From: Thermoanaerobaculia bacterium
GTDB taxonomy: Bacteria > Acidobacteriota > Thermoanaerobaculia > Multivoradales > UBA5704
Direction: 5' to 3'
Assembly: GCA_035544875.1 (NCBI GenBank)
Contig: DASZZP010000083.1
Coordinates: 384,219 to 448,218, forward strand
Length of the DNA: 64,000 nt
Shown here: positions 27,363-38,440 of the stretch, piece by piece
Layout: each line of letters starts with the position of its first letter
How positions within the stretch are numbered: position 1 is the stretch's first letter
Made by a program: the position numbers and the translations under genes
The notes under the pieces: model-generated
What the model was told of the DNA's origin: nothing
What the model saw: the letters and a program-made list of their open reading frames with translations, nothing else
Database searches by the model: none

Positions 27363-28976
27363 TTGCGCCATCCGGCCAGCGCGGGACGCGGCGCCTTCCT
27401 CGCGGCCCTACTTCTCTTTACCGCCCTGGCTCTGTTCGGCCAGCGCTATCACTGGGTGGAAGAGGCCGGGACCGCCGAGCGGGACGGCTATGTCGAGCAA
27501 GCCGAGCAGCTGCTCCACGGCTCGCTGCCGCGCGATCCGTTTCGGCCCCTGCTCTATCCGATCCTCGCCGCCGGGCTCGCCAAGGTGACTGGCGATCCCT
27601 TTGCCGCGGCGCGGCTGCTGTCGAATCTGGCTGCCGCCGCCCTGGCCTGGCTGGCCTACGCGCACGGGCGGCGGCTGGCCGGACCGGCCGCGGGCGACTG
27701 GGCGATGGCGCTTGCCGCCGCCAATCCCAATCTGTGGATCATCGGCCAGCACACGACCACCGACATGTTGTTCGCGGCGTTCGCCGCCGGCGCTCTGCTC
27801 GCCGGTCTCGCCTATCTGGAAGCGGCCGATTGGCAAGCGGCGCTGGCCGCCGGTCTCGCGCTCGGCCTTGCCGCTTTCACGCGCGCCAACTCCCTTTTCC
27901 TGGTGCCCGCGCTGCTGCTCGCCTGGTGGCTGGCCCCCGGCGCCCGGCGCCGCCGCCTGGGGCATCTGGCGGCGGCGGTGATCGCGTGGGCGGCCGTGCT
28001 GCTCCCGCACTGGATGCTGCGGGCGCGGCTCTTCGGCGACCCCTTCTACGACGAGAACTGGAAGAACCTGGCGTTCAAGCTGCACGGCTTCCCCGACTGG
28101 TCCTATCTCGCGCGAGTGCCCTACCGGGGAGCGCTCGAGATCCTGGCCGAGAGTCCCGGCGCGGTCCTGCGCGGCGGCATCGCGGAGCTCTGGCGGTTCG
28201 CGATCGGGGGCGGCGCCGCGCAGCTGCTCGGCACCTGGGCGCACGTCGCGCTGTTTGCGGCCGGGGCGTTGTGGGCTTTGCACTACCGCCGCCACCCGGC
28301 CGCCTGGCTGCTGCTGGCGGGAGGCATCTTTCTCGCCGCAACCGCCTTCGCCTTCTTCGCCTGGGGCCGGTTCCTGCTGCTCCTGCTGCCGCCCGCCTAT
28401 GCCCTCGCCTTCGCGCCCATGGCCGCCGTGCCCCCTGGCTCCGCGCCCGCCGCGCCCGCCGGCAGCCCGCCGAAGGAGACGGCGCCCGAGGAGACCGCGC
28501 CCGCCAGACCGCCCGCGCTCGGCCAGCGACGCCTGCGAATGCTGATGACCGCGGTGGCGCTGGCGGCAGTCGCGGGGCTCGCGGTCAAGACCTTCGCCTT
28601 CCGCCTGCCAGCTTTCATCGCCCGCCACCCCTACGTCGAAGTCGCGACGCTGCGCCAGCTCGACCGCGCCCTGCCGCCCGGCGCCGCGCTCGGCGGCACC
28701 TCCCCCTTTCTCGGCCGCTACCTGCACGACCGCCGCTATCTAGCGCTGCCCGATGCCTTCGGACCCGAGATCGCCCAGCCCGAGCTCTACTTCGAGCACC
28801 TGCACCGCCTGCTGCAGTCCTCGCGAGTCGCCTACCTGGTGATCGGCGCCGTCGATCTGCGAGACCGCCCGCCGTCCCTCGCCGCCGCACCTCCCGCTCC
28901 TTCGCCCGCCCCCTGGCTAATCCGAGCCGCCGCCGGCCGCGGCGCCACCGTCTGGCGAGTCGCCTTGCAGCCATGA
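27363..28976 (+). CDS. integral-membrane glycosyltransferase, PMT/ArnT (GT39/GT83-like) family
   Basis: Multi-TM N-terminal half with a loop RDPFRPLLYP typical of the DxD/E loop of Dol-P/undecaprenyl-P sugar transferases. Ala-rich TM helices and a C-terminal soluble domain. TTG start at 27363. Confidence 0.65.
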   Translation: MRHPASAGRGAFLAALLLFTALALFGQRYHWVEEAGTAERDGYVEQAEQLLHGSLPRDPFRPLLYPILAAGLAKVTGDPFAAARLLSNLAAAALAWLAYAHGRRLAGPAAGDWAMALAAANPNLWIIGQHTTTDMLFAAFAAGALLAGLAYLEAADWQAALAAGLALGLAAFTRANSLFLVPALLLAWWLAPGARRRRLGHLAAAVIAWAAVLLPHWMLRARLFGDPFYDENWKNLAFKLHGFPDWSYLARVPYRGALEILAESPGAVLRGGIAELWRFAIGGGAAQLLGTWAHVALFAAGALWALHYRRHPAAWLLLAGGIFLAATAFAFFAWGRFLLLLLPPAYALAFAPMAAVPPGSAPAAPAGSPPKETAPEETAPARPPALGQRRLRMLMTAVALAAVAGLAVKTFAFRLPAFIARHPYVEVATLRQLDRALPPGAALGGTSPFLGRYLHDRRYLALPDAFGPEIAQPELYFEHLHRLLQSSRVAYLVIGAVDLRDRPPSLAAAPPAPSPAPWLIRAAAGRGATVWRVALQP

Positions 28977-29282
28977 CCGCGACGCCGTTGGTCACATCGC
29001 TCGATCCGCTCCTCACAACTCAGAAGAGTGGGAGGAGTCCCAGCCGTTCTCGGGGAGGGCGCAGAGCCCTTGCTGCCGAGAGCGCCCTCTGCAGGGCTCA
29101 CTCACTGCCCGTTCAGCCCCATGCAGACCTCAGCCCGCGACTTCTCATCAGGCTGGGGCAGTGAGTGAGACCCTGAAGAGGGCGCGGCCCGAACAGAAAT
29201 AAGGGGAAAAGGGAAAGCGCCCTCCCCCTCCCCGAGACCGGAGGGACGGAGGGCGCCCACTCATAAAGCGCGGAAGCGGCTG

Positions 29283-29486
29283 CTAGACCTTGACGACGTT
29301 CTTCGCCTGCAGGCCTTTGGGACCCTCGACCACTTCGAAGGAGACGCGGTCCCCTTCGTTCAGGGTACGGAACCCTTCGGCAATGATCGAGGCGTGGTGA
29401 ACGAACACGTCCGCGCCTCTCTCACGCACGATGAAGCCGTAACCCTTGGCGTCGTTGAACCACTTCACGGTGCCTTGCTCGGTCAT
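29283..29486 (-). CDS. cspA: cold-shock protein (CspA family, 67 aa)
   Basis: [19 protein letters not shown]...DVFVHHSAI RNP1/RNP2 motifs. Start is the revcomp of cat at 29484-29486. Confidence 0.9.
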   Translation of the reverse strand: MTEQGTVKWFNDAKGYGFIVRERGADVFVHHASIIAEGFRTLNEGDRVSFEVVEGPKGLQAKNVVKV

Positions 29487-29660
29487 ACTCTTGCTCCTTG
29501 CAACAGGTTGTTTTTGTTCGCCGCGATCAGCGCGGCAACATGCCCTCCCCTCCTTTGAAAGCGAGGGCAAATCGCGCAATTCGGTGATTCCGGAGTCAGC
29601 ACTCGCAGCACAATCCGGCCTCCGGTTGAATCAGTCTTAAGTCCCACCGGCGGTTCCGAG
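29487..29660 (-). promoter_or_regulatory. long 5' leader of the csp gene (likely cold-responsive 5'UTR)
   Basis: About 170 nt of lower-GC, structured sequence between the csp start and the intergenic repeat. CspA-family mRNAs characteristically carry long regulatory leaders. Confidence 0.4.
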
Positions 29661-29669
29661 CCCGAGGGA

Positions 29670-29815
29670 TGAAACTGCGCTGCAATGTGGCGGCCGAGGC
29701 CTACTCGAAGCATCGATCGGATCGCCCCCCGCAACCCCTCGATCCCCTTCCCACCCCTCCGGGGGGGAAGGGGACGCCCCCACCCTCTTGCTCCGGAGAG
29801 TTTCGTCTTCGATCC
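29670..29815 (-). repeat. GC-rich intergenic repeat element, copy 2 (inverted orientation)
   Basis: Revcomp is about 90% identical to 9040-9175 (same cgaaactc..gcaagagggNgggggcgtccccttcccccccggaggggtgggaaggggat.gaggggttgcggggggcgatccgatcgatgcttcgag... structure). Confidence 0.85.
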
Positions 29816-30100
29816 CACTGCGCCCGCGCTTTCCCGGTATTCCTGAAGCAATAGCTTAGTTGAAGGACCTGATTACGGACACTCTGTTGGCGGGACTTCC
29901 GTTTCCTGGCGCGGCTTTCTAGTCGGTCAAATCGGCAAGCTGCTGGGAGGCAATGAAGCGGGGAATGATTCGTGGCAGCCGCTGCTAACCCAAGTTCCAG
30001 CCATAACGCGCAGAAGGTGCCACATACTATGGCACGTCGAGGGGAGGAATGCAAGACCCCCCGACGGCCAGCGATCGCCCCGCAGGAGGTGCCTGTGTCG

Positions 30101-30859
30101 ATGCGTCTCCCTCGCCCGCTCGATCCGGTGGAAATCCGGGTCCTCGGCTCGCTGCTCGAAAAGGAGCAGACGACGCCGGAGTCCTATCCGCTGACGCTCA
30201 ATGCGCTGCTCTCGGCCTGCAACCAGAGGACCAACCGCGAGCCGGTGCTGCAGCTCGGCGAGGCAGAGGTGAGCGCCGCCCTCGAGCGCCTGCGCCAAGA
30301 CGTTCTAGTCTGGCGCACCGAGAGCGCGCGCAGCCTGCGCTGGAAGCAAAGCGTCGAGCGCCGCTGGGAGCTCGATCCCGCCGCCAAGGCAATTCTCGCC
30401 CTGCTCCTGCTGCGCGGGCCGCAGACTACCGGGGAGTTGCGCGCCCGCAGCGAGCGCCTGCATCCTTTCGCCAGCCTGCAGGAGGTCGAACAGACGCTGC
30501 GCCGTCTGGCCGCGACCGAGGAGCCGCTGGTGCGTGAGATGCCCCGCCGGCCGGGCCAGAAAGAGAGCCGCTGGACCCACCTGGTCGGCCCGCCGCGCGC
30601 TGGCGGCGAGCCGGTCCTGCCGGGACACGATGACGCCGCTGAGGGCGCGACGGACCCTCGCGCCGCTGCCCTCGCCGCGGTCGGTGCCCCCATCGGCCCC
30701 GGTGCGGTCGCTTCCGCTCCGGCGGCCGCGATGGCGACCCCCGGCGCCTCCGGCGCCTCTGGTTTTTCCGGCGCGCTCGCCACCCTCGCCACCCGCGTGG
30801 GGCGCCTCGAAACCCTGGTCGAGCGGCTCGCCGCCGAGATCGCGGAGCTGAAGGGCTAG
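30101..30859 (+). CDS. YceH/DUF480 (UPF0502) family protein
   Basis: AGGAGG at 30084-30089, then GTG 30095 / ATG 30101. LDPVEIRVLGSLLEKEQTTPESYPLTLNALLSACNQRTNREPV matches the DUF480 winged-helix repeats. Ala/Gly-rich C-terminus. Confidence 0.75.
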   Translation: MRLPRPLDPVEIRVLGSLLEKEQTTPESYPLTLNALLSACNQRTNREPVLQLGEAEVSAALERLRQDVLVWRTESARSLRWKQSVERRWELDPAAKAILALLLLRGPQTTGELRARSERLHPFASLQEVEQTLRRLAATEEPLVREMPRRPGQKESRWTHLVGPPRAGGEPVLPGHDDAAEGATDPRAAALAAVGAPIGPGAVASAPAAAMATPGASGASGFSGALATLATRVGRLETLVERLAAEIAELKG

Positions 30860-30866
30860 ACCAGGG

Positions 30867-31915
30867 CTAGACCACCTCGAGCCGCGGCGGCCCGTCGACG
30901 ACCTCTCCCACCTCGCCGGCGCGATGGCCGCTCGCCGTCAGCGCCTCGAGCAATGCGGCGGCCGCTGCCGCGGGGACCGCGAGCAGCAGCCCGCCCGAGG
31001 TTTGCGGATCGAAAAGCAGCTCGCGCTGGCGCTTGTCGAGCGCCGCATGAACGGCAAGGGCGGCCAGAACGTTGCCCTCGTTGGCGCCCGTGCAGCCGGT
31101 CGAGATGCCGGCCTCTACCAGCCGGTAGAATTGATCGTGAACGGGTAGCCGCTCGAAAACGACGCGCAAGCCGGCGCCCGAGGCACGAGCCATCCCCAGC
31201 GCATGCCCGGCCAGGCCAAAGCCGGTGATGTCAGTCGCCGCGTGCGCGCCGTGCTCGAGCGCCAGCTTGGCGGCAACGGCATTGAGCTTTTCCATCTGCT
31301 GCAGCACCGGCTCGAGGCCGGCCTCGTCGAGCTTGTCGGCCTTGAAGGCGTTGATCAGCACGCCGGTGCCGAGCGGTTTGGTGAGCAAGAGCCGATCGCC
31401 CGCACGGGCGCCGGCGTTGGTCAGCAGGCGCTGAGGATCGGCCTCGCCGACGACTGCCAGCCCGAACTTGAGCTCGGGATCGCGCACCGAATGGCCGCCG
31501 AGCAGCGCGGCGCCGGCCTCCGCCAGGGCCTCGGCCGCTCCTTGCAGGATGCTGCCGAGGACCCCCTCCGGCACGTCGGCATCGGGAAAACAGCAGAGAT
31601 TGAGCGCGAACAGCGGCCAACCGCCCATCGCATATACGTCGGACAGCGCGTTGGCGGCGGCCACCCGCCCGAAACGGCGCGGGTCGTCGCACACCGGGGT
31701 GATGAAATCGGCGGTGGCCACCAGGGCGCGGTCGCCGAGCAGATAGACTCCGGCGTCGTCGGCCGTTTCCGGTCCGACCAGCACGCTCTCGTTGCCGCCG
31801 CTCAGGCGGGCGAGAGGACGAATCAGATCCGCCAGGTCCCCCGGACCTATCTTGGCCGCTCAGCCGCCGGTGGTGGCGCAGGCGGTCAGGCGGAACTTGC
31901 GCCGCATCCAGGCCA
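30867..31915 (-). CDS. selD: selenide, water dikinase (selenophosphate synthetase), selenocysteine-containing form; in-frame TGA at 31859-31861
   Basis: ORF 30867..31784 matches SelD from LLVGNETRDDAAVYDL onward. Extending upstream in frame gives MAWMRRKFRLTACATTGG-U-AAKIGPGDLADLIRP. This aligns with the E. coli SelD GAGCGCKISP active site with Sec replacing Cys17. Start is ATG 31913-31915 (alternative ATG 31904-31906). Confidence 0.8.
31820..31861 (-). promoter_or_regulatory. putative bacterial SECIS hairpin immediately 3' of the selD UGA
   Basis: mRNA reads UGA-GCGGCCAAGAU-AGGUCC-GGG-GGACCU. A perfect 6-bp stem begins 11 nt after the UGA, the usual SECIS position. Confidence 0.5.
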
Positions 31916-32067
31916 TGGGGCGGATTCTATCCCGCGGCCCCCGGTACCGCGACGGGGACTGCGGATTAAGATACGGCGTGCCGCGCCGCTCGGCGGCGGG
32001 CGCGTTCCCGAAGTGCGGGCAGAGACCCGCGCGCCTAATCTGGCCTAATCTGAAGGAGTGAACCACC

Positions 32068-32880
32068 ATGGCAGAGCAGGGGCAGCCGCGGGGCCGCAAG
32101 ACCGCGCTCTTGACCGGAGCTTCGAGCGGGATCGGATCCGAGCTGACGAGCGTCTTCGCGGCGGGAGGCTTCGACCTCGTGCTGGTGGCGCGCAGCGCCG
32201 GCCGCCTGGAGCAGCTGGCCGGCGAGCTGCGCAGCCGCCACGGCGTCGGCGTGCGGGTGCTCGCCAAGGATCTGGCGGTCGCCGCGGCGGCGCGCGAAGT
32301 CTGGCAGGAGCTCGGGGAAGCAGGCACCCAGATCGACGTTCTGGTGAACAACGCCGGATTCGGGACCTACGGTCCATTCGCCGAGACCGACCTCAACGCC
32401 GAGCTGCAGGAGATGCAGCTCAACATGGTGACGCCGACCGAGCTGACCAAGCACTTCCTTCCAGGCATGCTCGCTCGCCGCTGGGGTCGCATCCTCAACG
32501 TCGCCTCCACCGCGGCCTTCCAGCCTGGCCCGCTGATGGCGGTGTATTACGCGACCAAGGCCTACCTGCTGTGGTTTTCCGAGGCGCTTGCCGAGGAGCT
32601 CGCCGGGACCGGAGTCACCGTCACCGCCCTCTGCCCGGGTCCGACATCTTCGGGCTTCCAGGCCCGGGCCGCGATGGAAGAGTCGAAACTGTTTGCAGGC
32701 AAGAACCTGATGACTGCCGCGGCGGTGGCGCGAGCCGGCTACGACGGCCTGCTCGCGGGCCGGCGGATCGTCATCCCGGGGTTGATGAACAGGCTGCTCG
32801 CCCAGAGCGCGCGCGTCAGCCCGCGCCGTCTGGTGACTCGCATCGTCCGCCGCATGCAGGAGCGGAAAGGCGGCCATTGA
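32068..32880 (+). CDS. SDR-family short-chain dehydrogenase/reductase
   Basis: TGASSGIGSEL cofactor motif, NNAGFG, catalytic YxxxK (YYATKAY). Confidence 0.85.
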   Translation: MAEQGQPRGRKTALLTGASSGIGSELTSVFAAGGFDLVLVARSAGRLEQLAGELRSRHGVGVRVLAKDLAVAAAAREVWQELGEAGTQIDVLVNNAGFGTYGPFAETDLNAELQEMQLNMVTPTELTKHFLPGMLARRWGRILNVASTAAFQPGPLMAVYYATKAYLLWFSEALAEELAGTGVTVTALCPGPTSSGFQARAAMEESKLFAGKNLMTAAAVARAGYDGLLAGRRIVIPGLMNRLLAQSARVSPRRLVTRIVRRMQERKGGH

Positions 32881-32908
32881 GCGCGCGAGCGTGGAAGGAG
32901 GGATCTCG

Positions 32909-33586
32909 ATGTACAGCAGACTGTCAGTCTCCCTGGTCGCCGAGCTCATCGGCACCTTCGCCCTGATTTTCATCGGCGCCGGCAGCGTGGCGCTGGCCGG
33001 AAACCTGGTGGGCATCGCCTTCGCGCATGGGCTGGTCGTGGTCGGCTTCGCCTATGCCTACGGCCACATCTCGGGAGCGCACATCAATCCGGCGGTGACG
33101 CTCGGTGTCTGGGTGGCCGGCAAGATCGAGGCGCGGCGCGCCGCCTCCTATGTCGTCGCGCAGTGCGCGGGCGGCATCCTGGGAGCGCTCGCCCTGTGCC
33201 AGGTGCTCGGCGGGTCGGAGACCGGCCTCGGGGCCACCCACCTCGCCCAGCGGCTCGAGGTGCACGGCACCGTGATCACGATCACGCCGACCGTCGGGGT
33301 GTTCCTGGAGGCGGTGCTGACCTTCTTCCTGGTCAACGCGGTTATGAACGCCGGCATCAGCGGCAAGGCGACGATCCCCGGCGGGCTGGCGATCGGCCTG
33401 ACGCTGGTCTTCTGCATCTTGATGGGGGGGCCGCTCACCGGTGCCAGCCTCAATCCGGCGCGCTCGCTGGGACCCGCCGTGGCGGCAGGCGACTACGGTG
33501 GCCTCTGGGTCTACTTCGTCGGTCCGGCGCTGGGCGGCGTGATGGCCGGGCTGCTCTACAAGGGGTTTCTGGAGGAGCGCGTCTGA
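32909..33586 (+). CDS. aqpZ: aquaporin Z / MIP-family channel
   Basis: GAAGGAGGG SD then ATG 32909. Two NPA boxes (HINPAVT, SLNPARS). AELIGTFALIF start is typical of AqpZ. Confidence 0.85.
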   Translation: MYSRLSVSLVAELIGTFALIFIGAGSVALAGNLVGIAFAHGLVVVGFAYAYGHISGAHINPAVTLGVWVAGKIEARRAASYVVAQCAGGILGALALCQVLGGSETGLGATHLAQRLEVHGTVITITPTVGVFLEAVLTFFLVNAVMNAGISGKATIPGGLAIGLTLVFCILMGGPLTGASLNPARSLGPAVAAGDYGGLWVYFVGPALGGVMAGLLYKGFLEERV

Positions 33587-33669
33587 GCGGGTCTGAAGGC
33601 TGAGCGGGGGAGTACCAGAAGAGCCCATCGTAACCGCGGGCTCGCTCGGCGACTCGCCAGCGGAGTAGA

Positions 33670-35388
33670 ATGGCGCCGATTCAGTTGCCTGAACGATCTG
33701 GGGAGCGCCCGAGCGATCGCATGATCGGCAAGATCCGCCCGAGCTGCCGCCGCGGCAGCCGCCGCAGCAGCTCCATCAGCCGCGGCAGCCGTCCCTGCTG
33801 GCCGGCGGCCGGCGCCGCGGCGCTCGCCCTGCTGCTGCTCGGCTCAATGCTCTCCGGCATGGCCGAGGCCCGCCGGCCGGGCGGCGGCCAAACCTACTCC
33901 GGGAGTCATTCCAGCCACTCCACTCATTCCGCCAGCCTGTCGCGCCCCGGCGGCGGCCACACCTTCTCCGGCAGCTCCTCGCGCCCCGGCGGCGGCCATA
34001 CCTATTCCGGCGGCTCCTCGCGCGGCGGCTCGAGCCGTGGCGGCGCGCCGGTGGTGGGCTTGCCGGGCGCCGGCCTCGCGGGCTGCGGCGGTGCCGGCTG
34101 CTTCATGCTCCTTGTGCTGCTCGTCGTCGTCATCCTCATCTTCATCTATTTCAAGCGCGGTGGGTTCGGCGGAGCGGGCGGCGCGTCGCCGCCGGCTACC
34201 CCCGACCTGCCGCCGTCGCGCGACCTCGACTCGATCCGCGATCTCGACCCGGAGTTCTCGGTGGTCCTGTTCGAAGACTTCGCCTATGCCCTTTACGCCA
34301 AGGCGCACGAGGCGCGCACCAACCGAGGCGAGCTCGAGGCGCTCGCTCCCTACCTGAGCGAGGAGGCGCGGGCCGAGCTGGCGCAGCGGCAACCGGCCGG
34401 TGCACCGGTGTCGGGCGTGGTGATCGGCGCGATGCGGGTGGCGAGCCTCCTCCTGCCGGGCGGCGCCGAGGCGCGGCCGCAGGTCGTGACGGTCCTGGAG
34501 CTCGAATCCAACATGACCCTGGGCGCCGGCACCGGCGACTTGACGCAGTACGTCCGCGAGCGCTGGCGGTTGGTGCGCGATGCCGCGGTGCGCAGCAAGC
34601 CGCCGGAGGCGGTGCGCAGCTTCCACTGCCCCAACTGCGGCGCGCCGCTTGGCCCCGCCGGCGGCGAGCGCTGCGAATATTGCGGCGAGGTGGTCTCGGG
34701 GGGCCGCTTCGACTGGAGCGTGGTCGCGATCGAGCTGCTCGAGGTCGAGTCGCGGCCGCCGGCCCTGACCGGCACCACCGCCGAGCAGAGCGGCTCCGCG
34801 CCGACGATCAGCCACCCGGCGGTCGCCGAGCGGCGCGCCGAGCTGCTGGCCGCCGATCCCGAGAGCAGCGACGAGGCGGTGGCCAAGCGCCTGCAGCTGA
34901 TCTATTCCGAGCTCAATCCCGCCTGGACCGCCCTCGACCTGACGCCGGTCCGCGGCTACGTCTCCGACGGCCTGTTCGACTACCTCCAGTACTGGATTGC
35001 CGCCTACCGCAGCCAGGGGCTGCGCAACGAGCTGCGCAACATGCGCCTGACGCGCATCCAGCTGACCAAGGTCATCCGCGACAAGCATTTCGATTCGCTG
35101 ACCTTCCGCATCTGGGCAACCGGGCGCGACACCACGGTGCGGCAGGCGAGCGGCGAGGTGGTGGGGGGCAATCCGAATGCCGACCGCGACTACTCCGAGT
35201 ACTGGACGCTGATCCGCGGCGCCGCGGTCCGCGGCGCTCCGCGAGCGGACAAGAGCTGCCCCAACTGCGGCGCCCAGCTCGACGTCAACATGGTCGGACG
35301 CTGCACCCACTGCGACGCCAGGATCACGAGCGGCGATTTCGATTGGGTGCTGAGCAAGATCGAGCAGGACGAGTCCTACACCGGCTAG
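33670..35388 (+). CDS. membrane-anchored hypothetical protein with Gly/Ser/His repeats and two tandem zinc-ribbon + GxFDW modules (572 aa)
   Basis: N-terminal RPGGGxTxSG x3 repeats and a TM helix (CFMLLVLLVVVILIFIYF). Two ~190-aa repeats each end CPNCGA...C.YCG/CTHCDA then G.FDW..IE (FDWSVVAIELLEVE; FDWVLSKIEQDE). Possible Tim44-like/NTF2-like fold. Start may be 33721. Confidence 0.55.
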   Translation: MAPIQLPERSGERPSDRMIGKIRPSCRRGSRRSSSISRGSRPCWPAAGAAALALLLLGSMLSGMAEARRPGGGQTYSGSHSSHSTHSASLSRPGGGHTFSGSSSRPGGGHTYSGGSSRGGSSRGGAPVVGLPGAGLAGCGGAGCFMLLVLLVVVILIFIYFKRGGFGGAGGASPPATPDLPPSRDLDSIRDLDPEFSVVLFEDFAYALYAKAHEARTNRGELEALAPYLSEEARAELAQRQPAGAPVSGVVIGAMRVASLLLPGGAEARPQVVTVLELESNMTLGAGTGDLTQYVRERWRLVRDAAVRSKPPEAVRSFHCPNCGAPLGPAGGERCEYCGEVVSGGRFDWSVVAIELLEVESRPPALTGTTAEQSGSAPTISHPAVAERRAELLAADPESSDEAVAKRLQLIYSELNPAWTALDLTPVRGYVSDGLFDYLQYWIAAYRSQGLRNELRNMRLTRIQLTKVIRDKHFDSLTFRIWATGRDTTVRQASGEVVGGNPNADRDYSEYWTLIRGAAVRGAPRADKSCPNCGAQLDVNMVGRCTHCDARITSGDFDWVLSKIEQDESYTG

Positions 35389-35390
35389 AA

Positions 35391-35457
35391 AGAAATTGGT
35401 CCGTGCGTCAGGGGAGGGGGCGTCCCCTTCCCCCCCGGAGGGGTGGGAAGGGGATCA
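35391..35457 (+). repeat. GC-rich intergenic repeat element, copy 3 (5' half only)
   Basis: gaaattggtccgtgcgtcaggggagggggcgtccccttcccccccggaggggtgggaaggggat matches the 5' half of copy 4 (47940-48005) almost exactly. Confidence 0.8.
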
Positions 35458-35479
35458 GGGAGGGAGGGAGGTTTATGAT

Positions 35480-36277
35480 GTGGCGGTGCGTAACACCCGC
35501 CCGCGAAGCGGGCTCTCGCGAAGGCCGCCCCTGATCCACGCCGCCGATCCCGGCCGTCCACCCCGCCGCCTGTTCGATCGCTCGGCCGGCGCGGCGACGC
35601 TGCTCCTGCTCGCCCTGGCCGGGGCGGCGGCCGCGGGCGGCGAGCCCGCTCCCGCTTCTTCCGTGCCGCCGCGCCGCCCGGCGGCGGTCTTGAGCTTCCA
35701 TGGCGCGGACTGGCTCGAGCGCGAAGGGCGTGAGGCCGAGGAAAAACCGTCTCTCGTCGTGCAGGCGATGGAGCTCAAGGACGGCGACGTCGTGGCCGAG
35801 GTCGGCTGCGGCACCGGCTACTTCAGCCGGCTGCTGGCGCGCGCGGTGGCGCCATCGGGGAAGGTCTACGCCGAAGACATCCAGCCCGAGATGCTGCGGT
35901 TGCTCGAGAAGTACGCCGCCCGCGACGGGCTGACCAACATCGTGCCGATCCTCGGCACCGACGTCGACCCCAAGCTGCCCAAGGCGAGTCTGCGCTGGGT
36001 CCTTCTGGCCGACGTCTACCACGAGTTCCAACATCCGGAGCCGATGCTGGCGCGCATCCGCGAAAGTCTGGCGCCCGGCGGGCGGGTGGCGCTCGTCGAG
36101 TACCGGCTCGAAGGGACGACGGCGGCCCACGTCAAGCCCGAGCACCGCATGTCGATCGAGCAGGTGGTCGCCGAGTGGACCCGCGCCGGCTTCACGCTGG
36201 TCAAGCGCCTGGAGATCTTGCCCGCGCAGCATCTCTTCATCTGGAGCGCCTGGCGCGGCGCACGGCCGGCCCCCTGA
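35480..36277 (+). CDS. class I SAM-dependent methyltransferase, probably exported (RRLF Tat-like signal)
   Basis: AGGGAGGGAGG SD then GTG 35480. RRLFDRSAGAATLLLLALAGAAAAGG signal. SAM motif VVAEVGCGTGYFSRLLA with ...VYAEDIQ. Start assignment is tentative. Confidence 0.6.
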   Translation: MAVRNTRPRSGLSRRPPLIHAADPGRPPRRLFDRSAGAATLLLLALAGAAAAGGEPAPASSVPPRRPAAVLSFHGADWLEREGREAEEKPSLVVQAMELKDGDVVAEVGCGTGYFSRLLARAVAPSGKVYAEDIQPEMLRLLEKYAARDGLTNIVPILGTDVDPKLPKASLRWVLLADVYHEFQHPEPMLARIRESLAPGGRVALVEYRLEGTTAAHVKPEHRMSIEQVVAEWTRAGFTLVKRLEILPAQHLFIWSAWRGARPAP

Positions 36278-36415
36278 GCGCGGGCGCTTTCGCTCGCCGG
36301 ATCGCGCCTCCATCCATGGTAAAGTCGCCGCCGCCACCATGTTCCAATCTGCCGGCCGGCGGCGCCGCCCCGATCGTCCATATTGCCTGGTAAGAAGGAG
36401 CTGTTGCGAAACGAG

Positions 36416-38335
<1,920 letters not shown>

Positions 38336-38440
38336 GCTCCGGAGCCGGACCAGGCGGCCAGTCCCGGCAGACCGCAGCGCGCGCGGGCCGCTGGCGTCCC
38401 AGACCGGCGTCCCAGACCGGCATTCCTGAAAGGACGGCTG

